From the IMG/VR virus record IMGVR_UViG_3300033562_000464, positions 1 to 55,278 of that record: a stretch of 55,278 nt of DNA; one strand, written 5' to 3'. This DNA comes from a virus (Duplodnaviria > Caudoviricetes). The translations under genes were made by a program, and so were the position numbers. Below are positions 9,968 to 19,822 of the stretch, piece by piece (within the stretch, counting starts at the first letter, position 1; each line of letters begins with the position of its first letter). The notes beneath the pieces are model-generated. The model ran no database searches. It was not told where the DNA came from and was given only the letters and a program-made list of their open reading frames with translations.

Positions 9968-9995
9968 AAAAAAAAATAAGGGACTTTCGCCCCCT
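9968..9995 (-). terminator. Intrinsic terminator closing the fibre cassette
   Basis: AGGGGC-GAAA-GTCCCT followed by a T run. Confidence 0.75.
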
Positions 9996-10242
9996 ATTTA
10001 TATATCTTGTACCTAAATACATTTTCCGATGTTACACGTAAGTCAACACCCTCTGCAATAAATATAACTGTGTGGGTGCCAATACTTGCGGTATCGGATG
10101 CATCAATTATAAAATAGCTATTATCCACAAGGGGTAACTCTGGTTCGATATCAACTTTATATTTTACCGTACCAACAAAGTCATGAGTTACATTAACCTT
10201 AATACCATAATCGCCCTGCTTAATATTAGTCAACCTTATCAC
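9994..10242 (-). CDS. Small beta-sandwich virion protein (BppU-N-like)
   Basis: IKQGD...YFIIDASDT...GTH pattern, last gene of the cassette. Confidence 0.45.
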   Translation of the reverse strand: MIRLTNIKQGDYGIKVNVTHDFVGTVKYKVDIEPELPLVDNSYFIIDASDTASIGTHTVIFIAEGVDLRVTSENVFRYKIYK

Positions 10243-11457
10243 CTACCCGAAATTAATTTGTAATTCCATTATATCTTCAATATTAGCTGCTACCGTTAAT
10301 TCACTTGTAAAGGTTGCCCCCATAATTGGGGTTGTAATAAACACCACATTTGAATTAAAATTGTTTATAAACTTTGTATTATTAACAACAACCGAGTTAA
10401 ATACTACTTTAAAATCCTCACCAAGTGTTATATATACCACAATGAGCATACTAGATTCAATTGTTGTTTCGGCATTTATTGAACCGCTTAATTGGTGGAC
10501 AACGGGCACAAGTAAAGTCCCATCTATATTAGAATTTGAAACTATTTCCGAAGCAAGCCCAGCAAATTTTACTAAAGTACTTTCAACATTAGTTTCACTG
10601 TCAACACTACCACTAAATAAAGAAGTTTTCTTTAGCGTTGCCACCGTGTTTGATGTACTTGCTATCGAACCAATAACACCAACCAATTTTACAAGGGTTG
10701 CCACTACTTGTGATGCTGCTGTCACGCTTGTCATAAATTTTACATCGTTTGTTATTGTTGCAGCAACATTTGATGTCGCCCCCATATTTGAAACAATGTT
10801 TGAAACTTTTGTAATAAGTGCTACGGTGTTTGATGTTGCACCAACAACCGCCCCCATACGGACGTCTTTTTTAAGTGTTGCTGATACATTTGTAACACTT
10901 CCAATTGTGCCCCCAAGAGGTACTGTTTTTTTAAGTGTGGCACCGACACTGCTTGATACAGAAACAACCGTATTAATTCCAGCAATTTTATTAATACTTG
11001 CGGTTACATTGGCTATCATATCGACGGATCCGATTAAATTGGCGTCTTTTGTTGTTGTAACTGTACCGCTCACCGTTGAGCTTGATGCTACCGTAGAAGT
11101 TAAGCCCCTTGTTACTTTGAGGGCAGAATCAACGCTTGATAATAGCCCTATCGTCCCGTTTAAACTTACACCCTTGGCAATTATGCCCCCAACATTTGCA
11201 ACCGCACCAATATTTCCAACTATCTGGGTTTGTTTTGCAAGACTACCATTTGCCCCACTTGTTACACCAATAGTTCCTGCAATATTAGCACCTTTTTGAA
11301 TATTTGCTTGTGCATTCGATGTTGTGTTTATCGTGCCCTCAATAAGCACATATCCAGATGGTATTACTGGTTCCCATATTGTGGCTAATATAATATCGGC
11401 TGCTAAATTATTCGGCAAAAACAGCGTTCTGTTAACCCTTATATCCAGCCCCAACAT
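10243..11457 (-). CDS. Repeat-containing virion fibre protein
   Basis: 404 aa with about 14 degenerate 20-aa repeats (for example GTIGSVTNVSATLKKDVRMG). Confidence 0.6.
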   Translation of the reverse strand: MLGLDIRVNRTLFLPNNLAADIILATIWEPVIPSGYVLIEGTINTTSNAQANIQKGANIAGTIGVTSGANGSLAKQTQIVGNIGAVANVGGIIAKGVSLNGTIGLLSSVDSALKVTRGLTSTVASSSTVSGTVTTTKDANLIGSVDMIANVTASINKIAGINTVVSVSSSVGATLKKTVPLGGTIGSVTNVSATLKKDVRMGAVVGATSNTVALITKVSNIVSNMGATSNVAATITNDVKFMTSVTAASQVVATLVKLVGVIGSIASTSNTVATLKKTSLFSGSVDSETNVESTLVKFAGLASEIVSNSNIDGTLLVPVVHQLSGSINAETTIESSMLIVVYITLGEDFKVVFNSVVVNNTKFINNFNSNVVFITTPIMGATFTSELTVAANIEDIMELQINFG

Positions 11458-12294
11458 TTAAGCCACCGCTATGAGTGCATTTCCAGATAAAGCCCCCGTC
11501 GAGGTAGTTATACATACTTGTGAAAAAGCCAAGCACGATTGATCAAATATTCTTGGAGCGCCCAACATCGACCAATCAACGATATCAAACCGATTAGCAA
11601 TTCCGCATGAGGCTGAAGCTCTCGGACGAACTGCTGTTACTCCAAAACTTCCTGCGGTGCCTGTACTTGCTGATAGTGTAACTGTCTCAACCGAACGGAT
11701 AAATTTGCCATTAGTTGGATTAAGAATATAACGTCTTCCTGCAGCAACGGATGCTGGTAAAGCGGTCGCCCCCAAAACATCAATATTAACATTTCCTGTA
11801 GTGCCATCATGAAACGTACATTGAGCGGTAGGTGTTGACACCGTGGCACCCGTGGCAGTATACCAATCCAAAAACCATTGAACTTCTGAATAATCTGTCC
11901 TACCAATCCGTTCGGCTAAATTATTATTCGCCAAGTTTGCGAATAGGCTAACATTTGCTGTCTGTGCTGTGGTACTGTTACCAAGAAGCCCTCCCATGTG
12001 CATAAGTCTATCTTCGATTAGTAATGTATGCCCCACAGAAGCCATTTGAAAATCTAGCTTTGCTAACACACTATGCTCAGCAGCACCCTTTGTTTGGAGT
12101 GGTAAAGCTCCACTTAAAACATTTGTACATATAGCCGAGGCGGCTGGTATCGCTGCTTGAACTGGTATACCACTAGCTCGCCACAGTGATGCTTTATGTC
12201 CTGCAACCATGGTTGGCATAGAACCCTTTTGAAATGTATACATACTACCTTGACCCATGCCCTTCACTAATCCGTCTAAACTTTCTATAGCCAT
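11458..12294 (-). CDS. Putative virion fibre tip/lectin-like protein
   Basis: 278 aa, rich in Gly/Ala/Thr and beta structure, abutting the repeat gene. Confidence 0.45.
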   Translation of the reverse strand: MAIESLDGLVKGMGQGSMYTFQKGSMPTMVAGHKASLWRASGIPVQAAIPAASAICTNVLSGALPLQTKGAAEHSVLAKLDFQMASVGHTLLIEDRLMHMGGLLGNSTTAQTANVSLFANLANNNLAERIGRTDYSEVQWFLDWYTATGATVSTPTAQCTFHDGTTGNVNIDVLGATALPASVAAGRRYILNPTNGKFIRSVETVTLSASTGTAGSFGVTAVRPRASASCGIANRFDIVDWSMLGAPRIFDQSCLAFSQVCITTSTGALSGNALIAVA

Positions 12295-12306
12295 GTTTTC
12301 ACCCCC

Positions 12307-12711
12307 TTAATTTAGGGTAATGGTTAAACTACCAGATGCAAATTTAGCGGTGTCGCCAGAAGTAATTGCCTTACTTGCTGTCAATGTTCCATAAGCTAAA
12401 ATATTTCCGCCTGTTATTGTATCCGCAACAAAGAAGTCGAGTATTGTGCCTTGTGCCCCTGTAGCTTGTGCAAATGTGATGTCTGTCCCATTTGATTTAC
12501 TACCGCCCGAAGCTGCTGGAAAATTAGTTGCATTGTTTGTCACCGCAGACCTTGCATAACCGTTCCCAACAGGCTCGGTAATACTACCTCCTGCATCGGT
12601 GATTGTTGTTGTGGATAGCCCGATGTACAATGTAGCAGGTGCTGCAAATGCAACCGCCCCAAATATTTCATCAAGTACCTTGTTTTCCGTGTAATCTGTA
12701 AAGCTTCCCAT
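12307..12711 (-). CDS. Small fibre subunit (SDYxENxxLD...LYIGL...GYAR family)
   Basis: Start reassigned to MGSFTDY after GGAGG. Motif set is typical of small phage fibre proteins. Confidence 0.65.
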   Translation of the reverse strand: MGSFTDYTENKVLDEIFGAVAFAAPATLYIGLSTTTITDAGGSITEPVGNGYARSAVTNNATNFPAASGGSKSNGTDITFAQATGAQGTILDFFVADTITGGNILAYGTLTASKAITSGDTAKFASGSLTITLN

Positions 12712-12741
12712 ATATGAAACCTCCTTATAGTTTATACTGCC

Positions 12742-12770
12742 ATTATACACAAATAGCCCCTTGATTGCAA
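12742..12770 (-). promoter_or_regulatory. Sigma-A-type promoter of the fibre cassette
   Basis: TTGCAA-N17-TATAAT directly after a terminator. Confidence 0.7.
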
Positions 12771-12777
12771 TAGAAAC

Positions 12778-12797
12778 AAAAAAGGGCATAAAGCCCT
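12778..12797 (-). terminator. Intrinsic terminator
   Basis: AGGGC-TTTAT-GCCCT followed by a T run. Confidence 0.7.
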
Positions 12798-12803
12798 ATC
12801 ATG

Positions 12804-12926
12804 TTAAATAAACGCTTCTAAAATTCTATAAAGTGCAAACAGCCATAATATAGCATCTATCGTGAAACCTATAACTAAAACATTTAAGTTATAGTCCGAC
12901 CTCACATGGTTACTATCTTTTCCCAC
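12804..12926 (-). CDS. 40-aa putative membrane peptide
   Basis: GTG start after a G10 tract. MGKDSNHVRSDYNLNVLVIGFTIDAILWLFALYRILEAFI. Not in the ORF track. Confidence 0.4.
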   Translation of the reverse strand: MGKDSNHVRSDYNLNVLVIGFTIDAILWLFALYRILEAFI

Positions 12927-12953
12927 ACCATCACACACCCCCCCCCCAATTAT

Positions 12954-13133
12954 TTAACGCTTGTCAAATTTTGGACAATCGGTTTGGTTGCTAATGTACT
13001 CTTTTGGCTTTGAACCAAATGCTCGGCACCCAACATAATCAATACTGTTTAGGCATTTACTACATTGTGGAACATGAATTACTTTTACATCTTCCGCTTT
13101 TTGTTCAAATCTTTCATCGGCTTTAGTTGACAT
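12954..13133 (-). CDS. 59-aa four-Cys protein, candidate immunity protein for MuF-ART
   Basis: Start reassigned to MSTKADERF after AGGAGG. CxxC...C...CP. Directly downstream of the toxin gene, with its own promoter. Confidence 0.55.
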   Translation of the reverse strand: MSTKADERFEQKAEDVKVIHVPQCSKCLNSIDYVGCRAFGSKPKEYISNQTDCPKFDKR

Positions 13134-13164
13134 ATAAAAACCTCCTTTTAAGGGTTGTGATATT

Positions 13165-13193
13165 ATTATATAATATAAATCAATTAAATACAA
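13165..13193 (-). promoter_or_regulatory. Sigma-A promoter for the candidate immunity gene
   Basis: TTGTAT-N17-TATAAT immediately after the MuF-ART stop. Confidence 0.7.
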
Positions 13194-13196
13194 GCT

Positions 13197-14921
13197 TTAT
13201 TCGATTATATTTGCTTTTATTGTCAATTTAATTTCATTGCTGAACCTGCCCTTAACATTTTTAACATCAAACCCAATAAATTCAATTTTACTAAACTTGT
13301 CAAACACTATTTCAGATTCATCCCAGTTGTCTGTCATGAGTGCTTTTGTGCCTTTTTTAGCATATAGCTCAAGTGCCACGGGTTTACGTGTGAAAACGTT
13401 TGCAGTAGCATCAAAACTTGTGCTCATGAAACTTTCGTGTATAAATTGAACCCCCGAAAGCCTTGCATTTAAATCTGATGCAAGTTGGGTTATTTTTTGT
13501 TCGTTGCCCCCACGCATTAGCCCATAAACATCTTCCATAGCTTCTGTCTTATCTATGCCAACTTGTTTAATTATGGAGTCAATAACATCGCCACCAACAT
13601 TTCTAAATACAATAACGTCATCTGGTATACTCCCTTTTGATATTACGTCACTAAGTGCATCGGCTTCACGCATTTGAACTGGCATCATTTTCTTTATGCT
13701 ACTCGCAGAAGCCCCTGCTGCTTTTGCTTTGTCTATGTCTATTTTATAATCGGCATAATTGCCCTCATACAAAAACCTGTTTATATTAAAACTATTTACA
13801 GTTGCGACGTATTGTTCAACATCATGGGTTTCTTGTATGGATAACTTGCTATAAAAAGCATTTACATCACTTTCAATATCCGCCCGAGTAATGTTTTTAT
13901 ATTGTGGTGCTTTGGGTTGGGTGGGTTTTATAACCGCATTAACCTGTGATACTTTAGATAGCACATTTTTAATATTGTTAGTCGGTATATTGTTGTCCTT
14001 TGCCCACTTATCAAGCTTTTTATTGTTGCCCCCACCATTATCAAGCCATGTTTTTATTTCATCACCTATTTCATCAAGGCTCTTTGTTATGACGGCTGTT
14101 TGGTAGCATAGCCCGTTCGGATGGTCAAGTGGCACTTTGCCAATTTTATAGGTTGTCATGTGTCTTTGTCGACATACTTCGCACGTCCTATTATGTTGAA
14201 GTACACTATGCCACAATATACCCTCTACAAACGGGTTATTTTTACAACTTGCCTCATGTGATATTTGGAAGCTATGTGTTAAAGTTGTCCTTGCAAGCCT
14301 TAATGAGTTATACTCAATATTTTTATTCCATGCAGCATAGCCTTCACCGAGCGTTTCCTTTATTTTGTCCTTATCCCACACTTTACGGGTATTTGGGTCA
14401 ACATAGGCTTGAAGGGCTTTGGCAATACTTACCGCAGATGACTTTTGTGCCATCCCAGCAAGTACCACATTTTGTATATCATTCCCCGAGCTTATTGCTG
14501 CCCCCCATATCCTATCGCTTAATGTTTTGGTGTCCTTGTATATGCCCCCACTTATAATCCTCGCCATGGAATCGCTTGATATTTTGCCAAACGTTTTGTC
14601 AAAGTTTTTTACAAGGTTCATATCCATACCTGCATTTTTAAAAGCATCCGTTAACATCAACTTTTGCACCGATGCAGGTATCACCGCTGCATCCATCCCA
14701 ACTTTAACAATTATCTTTTCAAGGTCATTATGTAGGCTCCTAATATAACTTCCATAATATGCCCTTGTTGCACTGCCTTCAGCGGTTGCATTGAACTTTT
14801 TAACTAGTTCAAGCCCTGCTTTTCTATAGGCTTGAAGCACATCCATATCTTGTTTCGCAGTAAGGACAATCATCTTTTTTCTAGCTTCTTTTTCTAGTTT
14901 TGCTAGGTAATCATTTGGCAC
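13197..14921 (-). CDS. MuF (SPP1 gp7-like) minor head protein fused to a C-terminal VIP2/C2-type ADP-ribosyltransferase
   Basis: MuF motifs RLARTT, RTCEVC, HPNGLC. ART motifs INRFL, VIVFRNV, FMSTS, DESEIVF (R-STS-ExE). Confidence 0.85.
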   Translation of the reverse strand: MPNDYLAKLEKEARKKMIVLTAKQDMDVLQAYRKAGLELVKKFNATAEGSATRAYYGSYIRSLHNDLEKIIVKVGMDAAVIPASVQKLMLTDAFKNAGMDMNLVKNFDKTFGKISSDSMARIISGGIYKDTKTLSDRIWGAAISSGNDIQNVVLAGMAQKSSAVSIAKALQAYVDPNTRKVWDKDKIKETLGEGYAAWNKNIEYNSLRLARTTLTHSFQISHEASCKNNPFVEGILWHSVLQHNRTCEVCRQRHMTTYKIGKVPLDHPNGLCYQTAVITKSLDEIGDEIKTWLDNGGGNNKKLDKWAKDNNIPTNNIKNVLSKVSQVNAVIKPTQPKAPQYKNITRADIESDVNAFYSKLSIQETHDVEQYVATVNSFNINRFLYEGNYADYKIDIDKAKAAGASASSIKKMMPVQMREADALSDVISKGSIPDDVIVFRNVGGDVIDSIIKQVGIDKTEAMEDVYGLMRGGNEQKITQLASDLNARLSGVQFIHESFMSTSFDATANVFTRKPVALELYAKKGTKALMTDNWDESEIVFDKFSKIEFIGFDVKNVKGRFSNEIKLTIKANIIE

Positions 14922-15228
14922 TATTAATCACCTTCCCATTGAGCTTGTCCATTTGTATTTTTATGTTTTTTTGTCGGCATACCCACTCGTTATACTCAGC
15001 CATATTTAATGTTCTATTTTCGGCTTTAACTTTGTCCTCAAGTGCTGTTTGCTTTTTTTGTAGGCACCTAATCATTCCGTTTGTTCGTAGTACTAGGAAG
15101 GTTTCCTTGCAATGAGGGCAATCGAAATATAATTCATCTATGCCCTTTGTTGCTGCCCGTTTTTTTAAGCCTGTTTCACTTGTTGCGAATAGTTTACCAC
15201 AATTTTCACATTTTACTGGTATAGTCAC
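14911..15228 (-). CDS. Zinc-ribbon protein
   Basis: CENC and CPHC followed by a helical C-terminus. Confidence 0.65.
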   Translation of the reverse strand: MTIPVKCENCGKLFATSETGLKKRAATKGIDELYFDCPHCKETFLVLRTNGMIRCLQKKQTALEDKVKAENRTLNMAEYNEWVCRQKNIKIQMDKLNGKVINSAK

Positions 15229-16781
15229 TATTTAGCACCTCCGCCTGTTGTACCCCCATCTTTATTATCAGTGTTATCGTTGGGTTTTTTTGTTTCCCCC
15301 GTAACATTGTCCTCCCCTTCCATAGCCCCAGCCATGCCAAGGGTTAAACTATCTGACGAAGTTGTTAACTCAGTAGCTTCTTTAATTATTTCTTCCCACT
15401 CACCATCTTCGTCCTCAATATCACTAAAGTCACGGATATAAGACCTATGGCTGCGTACTTTTGCTTCAACTTCTTTAATTGCAACACCTTTTTGACTTTC
15501 CTCATCTTCGGGTATTGGATAATTATGTTGTATTATAATGTTTGTTGGTGTTGCGAGTATTGCTTTGGCATTTAATTCTGGGTATAAATTAAATTTTTCG
15601 ACACATTTAATCGTATACTTTACCAACCACTTAATCGCTGGCTCCCACTCTTGCCACTTTTCCTCACACCTTGCCATTAAATCATAAAACATGAACTTTA
15701 ACGCTTTGGCACTAGGTACATCACGCAAGTCTTCTGGTCTTGGTTGGTCCATAATTTCATATAAGTCCATTTTAATTCTATCTAAGAAGCTGTCCGCCCC
15801 CACGGTAAAACTAAATGAACTAGATAACATCTTTGCGTCGGCTTTGCCACCTTCAACCGATGGGTCGGTTTTTAAGTCAATCATCGCATTTGGTGCAATC
15901 TTTAAGTTTTCGAAGCTACTCGCATCCGCATCAATAAATACAGGTTGCTCAAACATCTTAAATTTTAGTGCATCCCTGTAGTCGCTTGTTATTTGGTTGT
16001 AGGCATTTTGTAAATCCATTAATTCCTCTACATCACTCTCGCCATCAACCTCGCCCGTCAAGCCCCCGTTTATAATTACTCGGCATGGTAACTCATCGAG
16101 CCCCGTATTTACATCTTGTTCACCACCCATGCTTTTGGCATTTCCGTCATATGTGCCACTTATTAACCAACATTGCTCGCCTTTAAGATAGTATTTCCAA
16201 CGGTGCCATACTTGTAAATCTTGTGATTTATCAGCGGTGTCTGCATCACAATAGGCAATGATAACTTCTTCTAATTTGGTGTAATCATTTGGGTCGGTTT
16301 TGTAAGTAAAGTCAAGGCTTGTATAATACTTGTATTTAATCGGTTGGTTTGGGTTTGCAACCACTACTTGAAGAACCCTCTTGCCAATTGTGCTATCAAG
16401 AAAGGCTTTTGCTGTTTGCCCCCAAAAATTAGAGTCGCTTAAAATACCATCAATTAACATACGCTTTTGCTCGGCTTTATCACGATCTTCTTTTTTGAGT
16501 GGTTTCATTAATATCGAAGGGCTACTACCAAACATAAACCGCCCCTGTTTTAATATCAATTTCTTGGTGTGGTTTCTTATGTCTTGGCTTGGTTTGTAAT
16601 CTAAATCGGTTGCTTGTATCCAGCTTTGTCCTTGTGTTAGTTCATGCAAAGCTGCATCCCTTGTTCTTGCTGGACCTTCGAAATAACTATATAACCTCAT
16701 TATTTCGTTTCGTTCTCTCAATAAGCCTGGGTTTGCACTATAAATCCCAAGCAAATTCATCCTCATTGTTTCTGTTATCAT
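15228..16781 (-). CDS. Portal protein (SPP1 gp6-like)
   Basis: 517 aa after the terminase. GESDVEEL and PSAKALKF motifs, acidic tail. Confidence 0.88.
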   Translation of the reverse strand: MITETMRMNLLGIYSANPGLLRERNEIMRLYSYFEGPARTRDAALHELTQGQSWIQATDLDYKPSQDIRNHTKKLILKQGRFMFGSSPSILMKPLKKEDRDKAEQKRMLIDGILSDSNFWGQTAKAFLDSTIGKRVLQVVVANPNQPIKYKYYTSLDFTYKTDPNDYTKLEEVIIAYCDADTADKSQDLQVWHRWKYYLKGEQCWLISGTYDGNAKSMGGEQDVNTGLDELPCRVIINGGLTGEVDGESDVEELMDLQNAYNQITSDYRDALKFKMFEQPVFIDADASSFENLKIAPNAMIDLKTDPSVEGGKADAKMLSSSFSFTVGADSFLDRIKMDLYEIMDQPRPEDLRDVPSAKALKFMFYDLMARCEEKWQEWEPAIKWLVKYTIKCVEKFNLYPELNAKAILATPTNIIIQHNYPIPEDEESQKGVAIKEVEAKVRSHRSYIRDFSDIEDEDGEWEEIIKEATELTTSSDSLTLGMAGAMEGEDNVTGETKKPNDNTDNKDGGTTGGGAK

Positions 16782-16913
16782 GTGCTATTTACCTCCTAGT
16801 TAATATTATTGGTCGATGCCTTTTTTCATTAAAATAAGCCATAATTCATAGTGTTTATCTTGTTTATCTATGTGTTTTTACTTGGTGCCCCATACATTAA
16901 CACCCCTTAATTA

Positions 16914-18233
16914 TTAGGCTTTTGCCCCCTTACCACTAAAATTCAATCTGTTGCTATACAACACAGTATCAGTATATACGCCATAACGGTTTCTGTCCAT
17001 ACAATGGTCATTTTCTTTAAGTGGTTCATCCAAACCTCGCTTGGCTTTTTTCTCATCCCACACATAAGCGGTAAACTCACGCTTGTCATTGGTGCAATGT
17101 GATGCAATAGTAAAGGTGCCTTGTTGTAGCTTTGCCCCAACACATTGTATACCTTTCATAACCGCATTTTTAGCTGGTAGTATCTTGATGTCTCTTTCCT
17201 TAAAGAACTTTAGCTTCCTTAGCTCAACCATAAAACTCGCTGCACTTGGGTCAACGGTTACATACTTTATTTTATCATCGCCTATAAACTTAATTAATTC
17301 ATCGGCATATTCTGAATCTGTCTTTTGTTTGCCCGATTCCTTTCCGCTATGGTAATATGTATCGGCTAAATGATATCTTTCTCCACTTACCCAATACTTA
17401 CCGAATGTCATGGGGTTTTGTATACCATAATCCACTGCCACCAACATCCTAGTCCATATCTTTGGGTCATACTCGTAATCCTTAACATTTATTTCCTCGT
17501 CAAACATGTCATATATAACGCCCTCAGCCATAACCCACAAACCAAGTATAAATCGTTTGTAAAATATACCGCTGAACATGCGTTCAAATCTTTCACGCAC
17601 TTTATCACTCAAGCTCCAATTGTCTGTCATGTTAAAGTGTAGGTATAAAACACGCTTAACGTCGGCTTTATCAATCCACTCAGTTTTAAACCAATGATAA
17701 GGTCCGTCGGGGTTGCAATTAAACCAATACTTTGAGCCCTCTAATGAACAACGTGCAACCGCTTGCTTCACGAAACTTTCGGTTTGTAGAGCTACCTCAT
17801 CAAACAATACCCCAGCAAGGGTTATACCTTGGATTAAATCTTGGCTTGATTCGTCCTTGCCACCAAATAGATAAAAGTAATTAACATTTCCACCCTTTTT
17901 AATAATTAGTAAGTTGTCCGAGCGGTAGTCCTCAACCTTGTACTTCCTACCCTTGAGAATTTTCTTTAGCTCGGCAACTACATTACGCCTTAATGAACCA
18001 ATTGTTTTTCCACACAGTGCAAAGTTGCAACCATTGAAACTACTCATAGCCCAATCAACAAAGCCATATTCCATTGATACCGTCTTGCCCGACCTTACCG
18101 AACCATCGGCAATAATTGCATCATAATCATTGTAAGGGCTATAATCTTTCCACCACGTCATGACCTGTATTTGTTTTGGACTTAATGGTTTCCATTCAAA
18201 TACTGGTATTCTATTCCGTAATATTTTCGGCAT
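16914..18233 (-). CDS. terL: Terminase large subunit (PBSX family)
   Basis: DGSVRSGKT Walker A, VLFDE Walker B, NCNPDGPYHW, VDYG, VDPSA, NDHCMD. Confidence 0.95.
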   Translation of the reverse strand: MPKILRNRIPVFEWKPLSPKQIQVMTWWKDYSPYNDYDAIIADGSVRSGKTVSMEYGFVDWAMSSFNGCNFALCGKTIGSLRRNVVAELKKILKGRKYKVEDYRSDNLLIIKKGGNVNYFYLFGGKDESSQDLIQGITLAGVLFDEVALQTESFVKQAVARCSLEGSKYWFNCNPDGPYHWFKTEWIDKADVKRVLYLHFNMTDNWSLSDKVRERFERMFSGIFYKRFILGLWVMAEGVIYDMFDEEINVKDYEYDPKIWTRMLVAVDYGIQNPMTFGKYWVSGERYHLADTYYHSGKESGKQKTDSEYADELIKFIGDDKIKYVTVDPSAASFMVELRKLKFFKERDIKILPAKNAVMKGIQCVGAKLQQGTFTIASHCTNDKREFTAYVWDEKKAKRGLDEPLKENDHCMDRNRYGVYTDTVLYSNRLNFSGKGAKA

Positions 18234-18819
18234 TTATATCACCCCACACTCTTTGAGCGGTTGCATCAAGTGCATCATCGAAACCATCATCTGTAATTTC
18301 ATCGGGTTCGCCAGCTAGTTTTTTAGCTTCTAACTCAAGACGTTTGAATGCAATTTCAAGTTTCTTAACTTCAATAGGGTCACTGATGCCTTTAGCAATA
18401 CGCTGCCCTTGTTGTATCATAAGCATAACTTTCGCTATGGCTTCCAACTTACCAAGCTTGATATCGCCCTTATACGGTCCGTCAACGTGTATTAGTTGGG
18501 TTGTATAATCATCAAGTGCCATGTTTATCAAAGACAACATTTTTTCCCAAGTTCTAAAGTGTTTACTATTTATGGTTGCCACTCTTTGGCTAATACTTTT
18601 TGATGTTTCCTTAACTATGTTATTTTGTATCGTTGCTAAATAATCTGTCCTTGCCTTTGCCCATTTGTCACGCTTGCCAATATGCTGCACATTAGCCTCG
18701 GACATCCCATACTTTTGGGCTATTAGTTTCATAGTCATTTTTGCATTTGTTGCATATTCCGCCTTCATTGTGGCGTCTCTAGTTTGTGTATCGACGTTCC
18801 TGTATGCCATTAGTATCAC
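18211..18819 (-). CDS. terS: Terminase small subunit
   Basis: N-terminal HTH (LIAQKYGMS...KRDKW), C-terminal DDGFDDAL...W, overlaps terL. Confidence 0.8.
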   Translation of the reverse strand: MILMAYRNVDTQTRDATMKAEYATNAKMTMKLIAQKYGMSEANVQHIGKRDKWAKARTDYLATIQNNIVKETSKSISQRVATINSKHFRTWEKMLSLINMALDDYTTQLIHVDGPYKGDIKLGKLEAIAKVMLMIQQGQRIAKGISDPIEVKKLEIAFKRLELEAKKLAGEPDEITDDGFDDALDATAQRVWGDINAENITE

Positions 18820-19134
18820 TCACCTTTTGTTGTTTTTAGTTGGTCGTCTATAGGGTACATTGTTTACCCTTTCCCTAATTGCAACCAATTCATCAATTCG
18901 TTTTATGTAATCAATATCATTGCTCAAACGTTTTAAACTTATTAAGTAGTACAACCCTGTTCGGTTTGGTATCTTTTTAGAAGTTACAAAGTTAATCGCA
19001 TCGAGGCAAGCTTTAAAACTTTTTAAATGAGTGTGTCCCGTTTCGAATGGTTTTAAAGTATTTTGTGCAACGTATCCCGTTCCGCAGTAGAAAACAATAA
19101 ACGGGAACATTTCATATCGTATGCTATCACCCAA
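18820..19134 (-). CDS. Hypothetical protein upstream of terS
   Basis: 104-aa basic ORF with a GHTHL motif, first gene after the packaging promoter. Confidence 0.6.
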   Translation of the reverse strand: MGDSIRYEMFPFIVFYCGTGYVAQNTLKPFETGHTHLKSFKACLDAINFVTSKKIPNRTGLYYLISLKRLSNDIDYIKRIDELVAIRERVNNVPYRRPTKNNKR

Positions 19135-19188
19135 ACAACCGCCCCCGTCCGCTATTTACGAGGGCAAATCAGATGCCCTCTTCACCCT

Positions 19189-19218
19189 ATTATATAATAA
19201 ACCCCATGAAAATTGCAA
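19189..19218 (-). promoter_or_regulatory. Promoter of the packaging operon
   Basis: TTGCAA-N18-TATAAT, followed by the leader hairpin GAGGGCA..TGCCCTC. Confidence 0.6.
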
Positions 19219-19514
19219 GGAATAGTTCCATAGGGTCAAATTATATACAAAAAGGGCATCCCCACCCCCACTCCATATCAAATAAACCGATATTTTTACA
19301 AACATTTTCCCTATCATTCCCAACCTTATCAACATAATGTTTCGTATTTACTTATCACTTGTTGCATGTTCTAAGTTTTCTTTTTACTATTTCCGTTGTC
19401 TGTTCTGCTTATATTTTAAGAGGTATACCTGTTTCTTTGTATACCTCTTTCATTATTTGATATATTCAATTGATTGCTTTTTGTTGTTTTTATTATCCGC
19501 CAACCTGCCGATTT

Positions 19515-19691
19515 TTAATCATGCTTAATGTCTTTTAATTGTTCCACAACGTTTAATGTCCTAAGTTCTTGGTTAAGTGTCATCCCATCAAATAACGCCC
19601 TTAAAAACATTTTAGCTTCTAACTCACTAAATAAATCAAGTGCTGCAATAAACCTTTTTGTCATTTTTGGTCTTTCCGTCACACTTTCCAT
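19515..19691 (-). CDS. 58-aa hypothetical protein
   Basis: MESVTERPKM...IKHD*, with a G-rich RBS. Below the ORF-track cutoff. Confidence 0.55.
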   Translation of the reverse strand: MESVTERPKMTKRFIAALDLFSELEAKMFLRALFDGMTLNQELRTLNVVEQLKDIKHD

Positions 19692-19708
19692 TTTTTGCCT
19701 TACCCCCT

Positions 19709-19822
19709 CTAAATATTATTTATTACCGATAGTATTATGATTAGTATAAATAAAACTATTGAACATAACATGCACATATAAAATATTCCGTGTTTATCAA
19801 TATTCTTTTTGTTTTTAGCCAT
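19709..19822 (-). CDS. 37-aa single-TM peptide
   Basis: MAKNKKNIDKHGIFYMCMLCSIVLFILIIILSVINNI. A G10 tract occupies the SD position. Confidence 0.5.
   Translation of the reverse strand: MAKNKKNIDKHGIFYMCMLCSIVLFILIIILSVINNI

Noticed and set aside
16800-16900. Small gene between terL and portal
   Set aside because: Starts near the RBS-like sequence hit stops within about ten codons.
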